Source of the DNA: Candidatus Sericytochromatia bacterium
GTDB taxonomy: Bacteria > Cyanobacteriota > Sericytochromatia > S15B-MN24 > UBA4093
DNA length: 64,000 nucleotides
Assembly (NCBI GenBank): GCA_036676985.1
Contig: JAKFBU010000038.1
Coordinates: forward strand, 172,468 to 236,467
Direction of reading: 5' to 3'
Below, piece by piece: positions 39,011-46,836 of the stretch (positions within the stretch are counted from its first letter, which is position 1; every line of letters starts with the position of its first letter). The position numbers were made by a program, and so were the translations under genes. The notes under the pieces are model-generated. The model worked only from the letters and a program-made list of their open reading frames with translations. It made no database searches and had not been told where the DNA came from.

Positions 39011-39868
39011 CTAGGCGAACTGTTGCAAGTGAGCGTAGACGAAGTCGACGTAGGGCTGGTTCGCGTACTTCCCGCTCGCGTCCTTTTTGACGCTGCCCGC
39101 GTTGTAGGCGGCCACGGCGTCCTTCCAGTCCCCGTAGCGCTTGTATTGAGAGGCGAGGTACTGGGCGCCGTACTCGATGTTGTAGGCCACGTCGGTCTTG
39201 GCCCGGGGGAAGGCCTGCGGGTGCCAGTAGTCGTTGATCTGCATGACGCCCCAGTCGGTGGTGCTCGGGTTGCGGCCGGCCACCGGATTGCCGCTCGAGT
39301 CGTACTGGCGCCAGTTGCTCTCGCGGAGGGCGATCGCCTTGAGGAAGGGCCTCGGGATGCCATACTTGTCCGCCGCCCGGCTGAGCAGGGTGTCGAGGAC
39401 CGCGTGACTGGGATTGGTGCCCGGCGCCGGGATGGCGAGGCCGCTCGCGATGTCGCTCGGCGAGCCGGTCGTCGGGGGCGTGGTCGGAGCGGGGGCTAAA
39501 CCACTGCTGCCCGGGAGCTTCAGGACCATGCCGGGATGGATCAGGTTCGGGTTGCTGATCTGGTCCCGGTTCAACTCGTAGATCTCGCGCCAGCGGTTGC
39601 CGTCGCCCAAGGTCTTGCGAGCGATGCCGGAGAGGGTGTCGCCGGGCTGGACCGTGTAGGTCGCGGGCGCTGCGTCCTTGCCGCCGAAGAGGCGCTTCAG
39701 GCCGTTCCAGAGGCGCGAGAGGAGGCCCGCGATGCCGGAAAGCAGGCCGTCGGCCTGCACGGTGAGCGCCGGCGCTACCGTCGGGGCCGCGACCGGCGCG
39801 GCCACCGGGGTGGCCGTTCGGGGGGCGTAGGTGCCGGGGGTGGGGGCCATGCGGCTGCCGATGATCAT
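39011..39868 (-). CDS. LysM plus lytic transglycosylase (SLT) domain protein
   Basis: [13 protein letters not shown]...NPNLIHPG (LysM). [19 protein letters not shown] (SLT). Confidence 0.92.
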   Translation of the reverse strand: MIIGSRMAPTPGTYAPRTATPVAAPVAAPTVAPALTVQADGLLSGIAGLLSRLWNGLKRLFGGKDAAPATYTVQPGDTLSGIARKTLGDGNRWREIYELNRDQISNPNLIHPGMVLKLPGSSGLAPAPTTPPTTGSPSDIASGLAIPAPGTNPSHAVLDTLLSRAADKYGIPRPFLKAIALRESNWRQYDSSGNPVAGRNPSTTDWGVMQINDYWHPQAFPRAKTDVAYNIEYGAQYLASQYKRYGDWKDAVAAYNAGSVKKDASGKYANQPYVDFVYAHLQQFA

Positions 39869-40044
39869 CTCGCCCTCCTCGGGGTGACGGGGGATGAAGA
39901 CGTCATCGGTCGTTAAACCCGGGTTAAGAACGGCTTCGGCAGCCTCGAGTGGTTAAGTTTACGTTAAAGCGGGCGCTCGCCGAGCGCCCGCCGGGGCAAG
40001 GTTCAGTTGTGCGATGGGAATGGTCGGGGGTGTCGTGGCAGGGA

Positions 40045-40518
40045 CTAGTACCCGCTGCCGCCGGATTGCTGACCAGTGCCCATGGCGCCGGCCCGCTGGC
40101 TGACGTCCGCACCCGCTTGCTGCCCGGTGCCCATAGCGCCGGCCTGGTCGGCACCCTGCTGCTGACCGACTGCCGAGGCGCCCGCATGCTGGTCGGCACC
40201 CTGCTGCTGGCCGATTGCCGAGGCGCCCGCCTGCTGGTCGCCACCCGTCGATTGCTGGCCTGCGGGCGGACAGGGCTGCTGCCGGTCCGTCCCCAAAGGC
40301 TGCTGGGCTTGCTGCTGGTCGGTGCCCATCTGCTGCTGGTCGGTGCCCATTTGCTGCTGGTCGCCACCGCGGTCTCCGACCTGGATCGACATGCCGTGCG
40401 GCAGGACGCGAGCACGTTCGGGCTGGCTCATGGTCGGGGTGTTGAGCGCGCAGCCGCCCAGCAGCGCGACGAGGATGGTGCCGCTCAGCAGAGCTTGAGC
40501 GTTGTAGTGCTTGGCCAT
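40045..40518 (-). CDS. Gln/Gly-rich repetitive lipoprotein
   Basis: GAGGAGG RBS. Lipobox LGGC. Repeats of MGTDQQQ and GADQ.AGA. Confidence 0.7.
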   Translation of the reverse strand: MAKHYNAQALLSGTILVALLGGCALNTPTMSQPERARVLPHGMSIQVGDRGGDQQQMGTDQQQMGTDQQQAQQPLGTDRQQPCPPAGQQSTGGDQQAGASAIGQQQGADQHAGASAVGQQQGADQAGAMGTGQQAGADVSQRAGAMGTGQQSGGSGY

Positions 40519-40830
40519 CGAGTCTTCCTCCTCACATCTCTTCGGGTCTTGGCTTGGGCGGCTGAGCGCTGGTAACCCGTGCCCTTGCCGTCCACGATGG
40601 GGAGTATGCACAAGGGCGAGTGCTCGTCACAACGCTAAGACGACAGCCTCAAGTCTCGCAACCGCCTGGTGGACGGCCTATCGATCCAAAGGCGCTCCGG
40701 CGCATGAGGGTCACATCCGGACCGTGGAAGCGTCGGGGGGATCTCCCTACTTCGACCAAGGTTCTTTGTTCGGAGACGGACAAGACGACGCCCCGCCGTG
40801 TGACGGGCGGGGCGGGTGACAGGCTGGTTC

Positions 40831-42693
40831 CTACTTGCGGTTCTTGACGTACTTGTCGAGGAAGTCCGCGGTTGCCGTGAAGCTTTTGATCCGGTTGGGA
40901 AGCTTCGCGACGCCATGGCCCTCGTCCGCGAAGAGCACGTACTCGACCGGGTGGCTGCGATCCTTCAGCGTGGCGACGATCTGATCCGCCTCGCTCTTGG
41001 GCACCCGGGGGTCGTTGGCCCCCTGGATGACCATCAGGGGCGCCTGGATCTTGTCCACGTGGTTGATGGGCGAGACCGTCTTCAGGAACTCCCGGTCGTT
41101 GGCGAGCGAGCCGTACTCCGCCTCGCGCAGGGGGCGGCGCCAGGGGCCCGTGTTTTCGAGGAAGCTCACGAGGTTCGACATGCCGACCGTGTCCACGCCC
41201 GCCGCCCAGAGGTCGGGCAGCATGGTGAGGGCCGCGAGCGTCATGTAGCCTCCGTAGCTGCCGCCCATGATGGCGATCTTCTTGGGATGGGCGTAGCCCG
41301 ATCCCTTGAGGTACTTCACCGCGTACTCGACGTCGCGGATGGCGTCCATGCGCTTGCGGGCGTCGTCCAGGTGCGTGTAGGTCTTGCCGTAACCCACGCT
41401 GCCCCGGATGTTGAGGGCGAGCATGGCGTAGCCGCGGCTAAGGTAGTACTGGAATGAGTAGGCGAAGTCAGGGCGCTCCTGGCTCTCGGGACCGCCGTGC
41501 ACGTAGACCAGGGTCGGAAGCGAGCCGTCCTTCTTGGCACCCTTGGGCAGGTACAGGAAGGCCGGGATCTGCTTGCCGTCGAAGGTCTTGTACTTGATGA
41601 GCGAGGGCCGGACGAACGACGACTGCGGGATGCCCGCGAGCGTGCTCTTGGTCACCTGGCGGGCCTGGCGGCTCGCGAGGTCGTAGGTCCAGACGTCGTA
41701 GGTGTGGGTGGGGCCGCTCAGGGTGAAGGCGAGGCTCTTGCCGTCCGGCGCCCAGTTCAGGTCGGCATAGACGCCCTCGGGCAGTCCCGCGATCTTCTCG
41801 GCCTTCGCGGCGCCGAGGTCCCGGACGTAGAGGTCCGAGTAGCCGTCACGGTTCACGAAGTAGGCGACCTTGTCGCCGGCTTCGTTGAACTCCACTGTCT
41901 CCACGTCGTTCGTGTCAGGCGTGAGGAAGGTGAGGGGGCCGCCCTTGGGGTCCAGGGAGGCCAGGCAGGAGAACTCCCGGCCTTCGTCCGAGGAAAAGTA
42001 GAGCTTGCCGTCTCGCCCGAAGGCGACCGACTCGTAGTTGGCATTGCCCTGGTGCGGCGTCAGGAGGCGCTCCTTGCCCGTCGCGAGGTCGAGCAGGTAC
42101 AGGTTTTGGTTCGAGGGCGTGTCGACCCGCGTGAAGACGACGCTCTTGCCGTCCGGCGAGAAGGCGAGGGCGTAGTTGGTGCCGTCTTGCGTGAGGACGC
42201 GCTTGGCCTTGCGGGTCTGCACGTCCATGACGTACACGTCGAAGTAGGCCACGTTGCGCTCGTTGGAGGCGTAGACGATCCGGGCGCCGTCCTCGGACCA
42301 GCCGCCGAAGGTGTAGATGGCCTTGGGGTTCTTCGTCAGGGCGACCGTGCGGGTCCCGTCCGGCGACATGAGGTACAGCTGCGTGCGCTCGTCACCGCCG
42401 GTGTCCTTGCTGAAGAGGTACCAGTCGCCCTTGGGCGAGCGGGAAGCCCCGCGCACGGAGTCGGCGTAGAACGTCATCTGCTCGGGCCAGCCGCCCGTGC
42501 GCGGCACTCGCCAGAGCTGCGAGACGCCCGTGATGTTGGTGGAAAAGACGATGTCCTGGCCATTGGGGCTGAAGACCCCGGCGCTGGCGCCACGGATCTG
42601 CAGGTATTGCTGGATCGGGTAGGCGGCGAAGGCCGGCTGGACCTGGGCGGCCAGCATGACGCCGGCGGCGATCGCCACGAGGCTCTTGCGCAT
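40831..42693 (-). CDS. S9 family peptidase (beta-propeller plus alpha/beta hydrolase), secreted
   Basis: Signal peptide, VHGGPE, GGSYGG nucleophile, GANDPRV, DEGHG. Confidence 0.93.
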   Translation of the reverse strand: MRKSLVAIAAGVMLAAQVQPAFAAYPIQQYLQIRGASAGVFSPNGQDIVFSTNITGVSQLWRVPRTGGWPEQMTFYADSVRGASRSPKGDWYLFSKDTGGDERTQLYLMSPDGTRTVALTKNPKAIYTFGGWSEDGARIVYASNERNVAYFDVYVMDVQTRKAKRVLTQDGTNYALAFSPDGKSVVFTRVDTPSNQNLYLLDLATGKERLLTPHQGNANYESVAFGRDGKLYFSSDEGREFSCLASLDPKGGPLTFLTPDTNDVETVEFNEAGDKVAYFVNRDGYSDLYVRDLGAAKAEKIAGLPEGVYADLNWAPDGKSLAFTLSGPTHTYDVWTYDLASRQARQVTKSTLAGIPQSSFVRPSLIKYKTFDGKQIPAFLYLPKGAKKDGSLPTLVYVHGGPESQERPDFAYSFQYYLSRGYAMLALNIRGSVGYGKTYTHLDDARKRMDAIRDVEYAVKYLKGSGYAHPKKIAIMGGSYGGYMTLAALTMLPDLWAAGVDTVGMSNLVSFLENTGPWRRPLREAEYGSLANDREFLKTVSPINHVDKIQAPLMVIQGANDPRVPKSEADQIVATLKDRSHPVEYVLFADEGHGVAKLPNRIKSFTATADFLDKYVKNRK

Positions 42694-42820
42694 GATGTCT
42701 CCTTGAACGGTGTGGGGCACCCCTCAAGTCTAGGCGCCGAGTGCCTGGATGGCAAGATGGCGCCCGGTCGTCATGAGACCGGGCGCCACGGGGGATGAGG
42801 CGGGTGATGCGCGACGATCG

Positions 42821-43474
42821 CTAGCGCTGATACTGGGTGAGCACCGAGACGATGAGGTCCTTGCCCCATCCGCCGACGCGCTGGTCGACGTAGCCTTCCT
42901 CGTAGACGCGCTTGACCGGCCCGACACCCGGGGCGAGCCACAGGTAGTCGACCTTGCGGTACTCCTGGCCCGAGCGGCCCATGCGCTCGTTGACCTGGAT
43001 CTCGATCTTGAGGCACTTCTCGAACCGGCCCGCCGGCGTCTCGACCGTCTCGAAGCCCAGGTGCGTGATGATGCGTCCCTGCTTCTCGGACATGCGGCCG
43101 GGAGTGCCCAGGCGCTTGAGGTCCAGGCTGAGGCCGTAGGCATCCCACACGATGGCGGTCGGGGTCTTCACGACCTGCTGCTTGCCGACCTCCTGGCCGT
43201 TGGCGAGATAGACGAGGTTGGCCTGCTCGCCGTTCTTGGCGACGTAGTCGCGGATGCTCACGGTGCGCTCGCCCGAGAGGCGGCTCAGCTTGTCCTCGAC
43301 CTGGTAGGTCCAGCGGGTGGTGCTGCCGAGTGGAAAGTAGTCCTGGTCCACGCTCTGGGCGGCGATCACGTCCTGGCCGCCGGTCGGGGCGATGGGCGTC
43401 GATAGGCCGCAACCGACGAGTCCCAGGGCGACGAGGCCGAGGGCCGCGAGACGAGCGAGTGGACGAACGACCAT
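42821..43474 (-). CDS. Lipoprotein with a TPAGxF...WLAPGVGPVK beta-rich domain
   Basis: Lipobox LVGC, YFPL....RWTY, ETVETPAGRF. Confidence 0.8.
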   Translation of the reverse strand: MVVRPLARLAALGLVALGLVGCGLSTPIAPTGGQDVIAAQSVDQDYFPLGSTTRWTYQVEDKLSRLSGERTVSIRDYVAKNGEQANLVYLANGQEVGKQQVVKTPTAIVWDAYGLSLDLKRLGTPGRMSEKQGRIITHLGFETVETPAGRFEKCLKIEIQVNERMGRSGQEYRKVDYLWLAPGVGPVKRVYEEGYVDQRVGGWGKDLIVSVLTQYQR

Positions 43475-43575
43475 GGTGCGCCTCCTTCAAAGCTGCATAG
43501 GGGGTTATCCCGGGCAGCGGGAGGCGCCTTGCCGGGATCTGGATAAGCGAACGATATATTTGCTTAAAGGTTTAG

Positions 43576-44466
43576 TTAAGGCTTGCGGGCGAGCGTGATG
43601 CCCGCCCCGAGCAGGAGGGCGCCGCCGGCCCAGGTGCCCCAGGTCGGCACGTGCTGGAAGATGGCCACCCCGAGCACGGCGGCGAAGAGCGGGGTGAAGA
43701 GCGAGACGATGCTGGCCGTGGAGGCCCGAGCGAGCCGGTAGCCGTAGGTCATCAGGACCTGCGCGACGGTCGCCGAGACGGCCACCCCGGCGAGCAACAG
43801 CCACTCGGTGGGCGTGGGGGCGTGGTAGGTCCGAAGCAACCAGGGCAGCGTGAGGACCGAGGCCACCACGGAGAAGTAAAGGACGATGGACCAGGGGCTG
43901 TTGTTGGCCGTGGCGCGCTTGACCGCCACGTAGGCGAAGGCCGCGAAGACGGCCGACCCGAGGCCCGCCACGGCGCCCAGGTTCCAGAAGCCGCCCTTGG
44001 GCCCCACCACCAGCGCCACCCCGCCGATGGCCGCCGCAAGGCAGGCGCCCGTCCGCCAGTTGAGGCGTTCGCCCAGCAAGAAGGCCGCGAAGAGGGCCGT
44101 GAAGAAGGGCGAGGTGTAGTTGAGGAGGACGGCGTCGGCCAGGTAGAGGTGGGCGATCGCATAGAAGTACGCCGTCAGCGCCGCCCAGCCCATCACGCCG
44201 CGCCAGACGAGCAGCCCCTTGTCGTTGGCGGCGAAGCTCATCCGGCGAGCGACCATCCAGCCCGCGATGAGGACCAGCCCGCCGAAGGCCCGGAAGAAAG
44301 TGACCTCCTCGATGGGCAGGGTCTCGCTCGCTACCTTGACGAGGGCCCCCATGACGGCGAAGCAGAGGCTCGAGCCCAGCATGAAGGCGTAGCCATGCCG
44401 TTCCCTGGACGACTGGTCGACAGCCAGCGACGTTGGCGGGTTCGCGGTGGGCGAGAGGTCGGTCAT
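43576..44466 (-). CDS. DMT/EamA family transporter
   Basis: 10 TM segments, TFFR, YTSPFFTALFA...LGE. Confidence 0.88.
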   Translation of the reverse strand: MTDLSPTANPPTSLAVDQSSRERHGYAFMLGSSLCFAVMGALVKVASETLPIEEVTFFRAFGGLVLIAGWMVARRMSFAANDKGLLVWRGVMGWAALTAYFYAIAHLYLADAVLLNYTSPFFTALFAAFLLGERLNWRTGACLAAAIGGVALVVGPKGGFWNLGAVAGLGSAVFAAFAYVAVKRATANNSPWSIVLYFSVVASVLTLPWLLRTYHAPTPTEWLLLAGVAVSATVAQVLMTYGYRLARASTASIVSLFTPLFAAVLGVAIFQHVPTWGTWAGGALLLGAGITLARKP

Positions 44467-44572
44467 GAGACGATCTTAGCATGCCCAGAGGGCCAGGGCG
44501 CCTTTAGCGAGCGAGCATCCGCTCGAAATGCGCTAGAATCATGGGGCCATAGTTGCAGAACGGAGGCTCCCC

Positions 44573-45028
44573 ATGGCGATGGAGAAGAAGGCCTACACCC
44601 CCGAAGCGTTCGAAGAGGAGCGCGAGCGCACCCGGACCTTCGTGGACGGCGTCTGCGCCCGGCTCGGCTGGGAGCGCTTCAAGGAGCCGGACGTGGTCGA
44701 GGCCATCGAGCTCGGGCTCACGCGCAACAACCTCGAGTACGGCTCGCGCTTCTGCCCGTGCTACGCGCCCATGAGCTACTTCAAGGCGGATGGTCGAAAG
44801 AACCCCGCGGCCATCTGTCCGTGTCCCGCGGCCATCCGCATGGACGTCACGGACACCGGCGTCTATGGCCCGTTCGCCACCCGCGAGGAGCTGGAGGACA
44901 AGACGAAGGACTGGCCCTACCACGGCGAGATCGAGTCCCGTGACGACGGCTGGTACATGGTCAGCCCGCACCGCGGCATCGACCACTGAATGATCTTCGT
45001 CAAGCCCGGTACGGGCTGGAACGAATAG
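44573..45028 (+). CDS. Ferredoxin-thioredoxin reductase catalytic-subunit-like protein, probable selenoprotein (TGA 44987-44989 read as Sec)
   Basis: GLTRN..EYG..FCPC and ICPC motifs. Read-through gives GIDH-U-MIFVKPG, matching the FTR C-H-C-M-L-F motif. Hairpin follows the TGA. True stop TAG at 45026-45028. Confidence 0.75.
44996..45025 (+). promoter_or_regulatory. Bacterial SECIS-like stem-loop
   Basis: UUCGU-CA-AGCCCG-GUA-CGGGCU-GGA-ACGAA. The apical loop starts with G, 19 nt after the UGA. Confidence 0.65.
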
Positions 45029-45060
45029 GCGCGGACAGGATTTGCCGGTAGACTGAGGCC

Positions 45061-45714
45061 ATGAAGATTACATCCGCCGCGATCGCGGCCACCGCGGTCC
45101 AGCGATCGCAGTACCCCAAGCCCCCCTTGCCCGCCATCGCCCTGGTGGGGCGTTCCAACGTGGGCAAGTCGTCCCTCATCAACTGTCTGTTGAACCGCAA
45201 GAGCCTGGCGCGTACGAGCTCGACGCCGGGCAAGACGGCGACCATCAACTTCTATCGCGTCAACGAGGCCTTCGACCTGGTGGACCTGCCGGGCTACGGC
45301 TATGCCCAGGTCTCCCGCGAGAAGAAGGGCCAGTGGGCCAAGTTCATCGAGGAGTTCCTGATCCATTACGAGCGCTTGCACGGCGTGATCCAGGTGATCG
45401 ACGTGCGCCATCCGCCCTCGGATCTGGACGTGCAGATGTTCGAATGGCTGCAGGCGGAGGGGATCCCCACCACGGTGGTGGCGACCAAGGCGGACAAGAT
45501 CGGCCGGTCCAAGTGGGAGGCGCACCGCAAGGTCTGTGCCGAGGCCCTGCTGTTGACCGAGGCGCCGCGCGATGCGCTGATCGTGGCCTCGTCGGAGCTC
45601 GGGGAGGCCAAGGATCGGATCTGGACCCGCATCGGGGCCTACCTGGCGGAGAAGCCCCTGCGCATGGAGGTGCCGTCCCTGGTGGGCGACGCGACCGACG
45701 AGGAAGAGGCCTAG
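45061..45714 (+). CDS. engB: Ribosome biogenesis GTP-binding protein YihA/YsxC
   Basis: GRSNVGKSSLIN, STPGKT, DLPGYGYA, TKADK. Confidence 0.95.
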   Translation: MKITSAAIAATAVQRSQYPKPPLPAIALVGRSNVGKSSLINCLLNRKSLARTSSTPGKTATINFYRVNEAFDLVDLPGYGYAQVSREKKGQWAKFIEEFLIHYERLHGVIQVIDVRHPPSDLDVQMFEWLQAEGIPTTVVATKADKIGRSKWEAHRKVCAEALLLTEAPRDALIVASSELGEAKDRIWTRIGAYLAEKPLRMEVPSLVGDATDEEEA

Positions 45715-45715
45715 G

Positions 45716-45907
45716 CTAGGCGGTCGCGCAGAGCTCGGACAGCGGCAGGATGGACTGCCTGTTGTCCACGATCTGGGTGACGCGGACCTGCTCCTTGCCG
45801 ATGAGCGTCACCGCGAGCTTGCAGCTCTCGCAGCAGTACCCGAGCCACTTGTGGACCCGGGTCAGCCGCGACCGGCACTGAGGGCAAATGTAGTTGTTGA
45901 GCAGCAT
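45716..45907 (-). CDS. Small zinc-ribbon protein
   Basis: CPQC...CESC. GGGGAGG RBS. Confidence 0.6.
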   Translation of the reverse strand: MLLNNYICPQCRSRLTRVHKWLGYCCESCKLAVTLIGKEQVRVTQIVDNRQSILPLSELCATA

Positions 45908-46014
45908 ACAGGCCTCCCCTCTTGTCCATCCCTGGGGACAGTATTCCCGCGCCACATTGCGCGAAGATTACAAAATGGCCTCCCATGCGTGTTGTTCGTT
46001 GTAAAGGAGTCGGG

Positions 46015-46467
46015 GTGGCCCACCGCGACTGGATGAAACAGGCGATCGAGCTGGCCGAGCAGGCGCGCGCCTTGGGGGAAGTTCCCGTCGGCGCGGTGCT
46101 CGTGTGCGACGGCGAGCTCGTCGCCGCCGGCTGGAACACCCGCGAGTCCGCCCCCGATCCGACAGGCCATGCCGAGTTGATGGCCTTGCAGAAGGGGGCC
46201 CAGGCGCTAGGGCGCTGGCGTCTGACGGGCTGTACCCTGTACGTGACCCTGGAGCCCTGTCCCATGTGCGCGCCCGCCATCGCGCAGGCGCGCCTGGATC
46301 GGGTCGTCTTCGGCGCCTACGATCCCAAGCTCGGGGCGGCGGGATCGGTGTTCAGCCTGATCGAGCGCCCCGAGTACAACCACCGGGTCGAGGTCATCGG
46401 CGGGGTGATGGAGGCGGAGTGTCGCGCTCAGCTGGCGGGCTTCTTCGCCGATCGTCGGGGGCGATGA
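46015..46467 (+). CDS. tadA: tRNA adenosine(34) deaminase
   Basis: GEVPVGAV, DPTGHAE, LYVTLEPCPMC, YDPKLGA. GTG start after AAGGAG. Confidence 0.9.
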   Translation: MAHRDWMKQAIELAEQARALGEVPVGAVLVCDGELVAAGWNTRESAPDPTGHAELMALQKGAQALGRWRLTGCTLYVTLEPCPMCAPAIAQARLDRVVFGAYDPKLGAAGSVFSLIERPEYNHRVEVIGGVMEAECRAQLAGFFADRRGR

Positions 46468-46491
46468 ACGGTCCCGGGGCCGGTCCGGAGG

Positions 46492-46520
46492 TTGACGACC
46501 GGTGTGATGCTTGGTATAGT
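46492..46520 (+). promoter_or_regulatory. Sigma70-type promoter of the tRNA
   Basis: TTGACG-N17-TATAGT with an extended TG. Confidence 0.75.
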
Positions 46521-46558
46521 TTACACACGTCGGGCGTCACACCTCGGCGGCCAAACCT

Positions 46559-46640
46559 GGAGGGTAACCGAATGGTGAGGAGGCTGACTCGAAATCAGTT
46601 ACCCCGCAAGGGGCTGTGGGTTCGAATCCCATGCCCTCCG
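46559..46640 (+). tRNA. tRNA-Ser(CGA), CCA not encoded
   Basis: GGAGGG/CCCTCC acceptor, anticodon arm GCTGA-CTCGAAA-TCAGT, long variable arm CCCC-GCAA-GGGG, T arm GTGGG-TTCGAAT-CCCAT, discriminator G. Confidence 0.9.
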
Positions 46641-46646
46641 CTAAAA

Positions 46647-46683
46647 GGGGCGTCCTGAGAAATCAGGGCGCCCTGTTTGGTTT
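46647..46683 (+). terminator. Terminator after the tRNA
   Basis: GGGCGTCCTGA-GAAA-TCAGGGCGCCC followed by TGTTTGGTTT. Confidence 0.65.
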
Positions 46684-46708
46684 CTCCGGGGCTTCCGTCA
46701 TACCAACG

Positions 46709-46817
46709 GATCTACCCCCCATCCCCCCTGCTAGGGGGGGCACCGCTCATTGGCACAACCCCTCGATGGGAAGCCACAGAATGCCCCCCCTAGCAAGGGG
46801 GGGAGGGGAGGTAGATC
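46709..46817. repeat. Palindromic C/G-tract intergenic element (family 1, copy 2)
   Basis: GATCTACCCCCCATCCCCCCTGCTAGGGGGGGCA ... TGCCCCCCCTAGCAAGGGGGGGAGGGGAGGTAGATC. Confidence 0.8.
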
Positions 46818-46836
46818 AGTAGCGGAACACGAGCGC

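Noticed and set aside
44990-45028. Separate 12-aa ORF (MIFVKPGTGWNE) coupled by TGA-ATG
   Set aside because: Better explained as the in-frame C-terminus of the FTR-like protein, because it completes the H-C-M-L-F motif and overlaps a SECIS-like hairpin.
46559-46640. Possible tRNA-Sec, given the nearby selenoprotein candidate
   Set aside because: The anticodon is CGA rather than TCA, and the acceptor and D arms are not the extended Sec type. It is tRNA-Ser.
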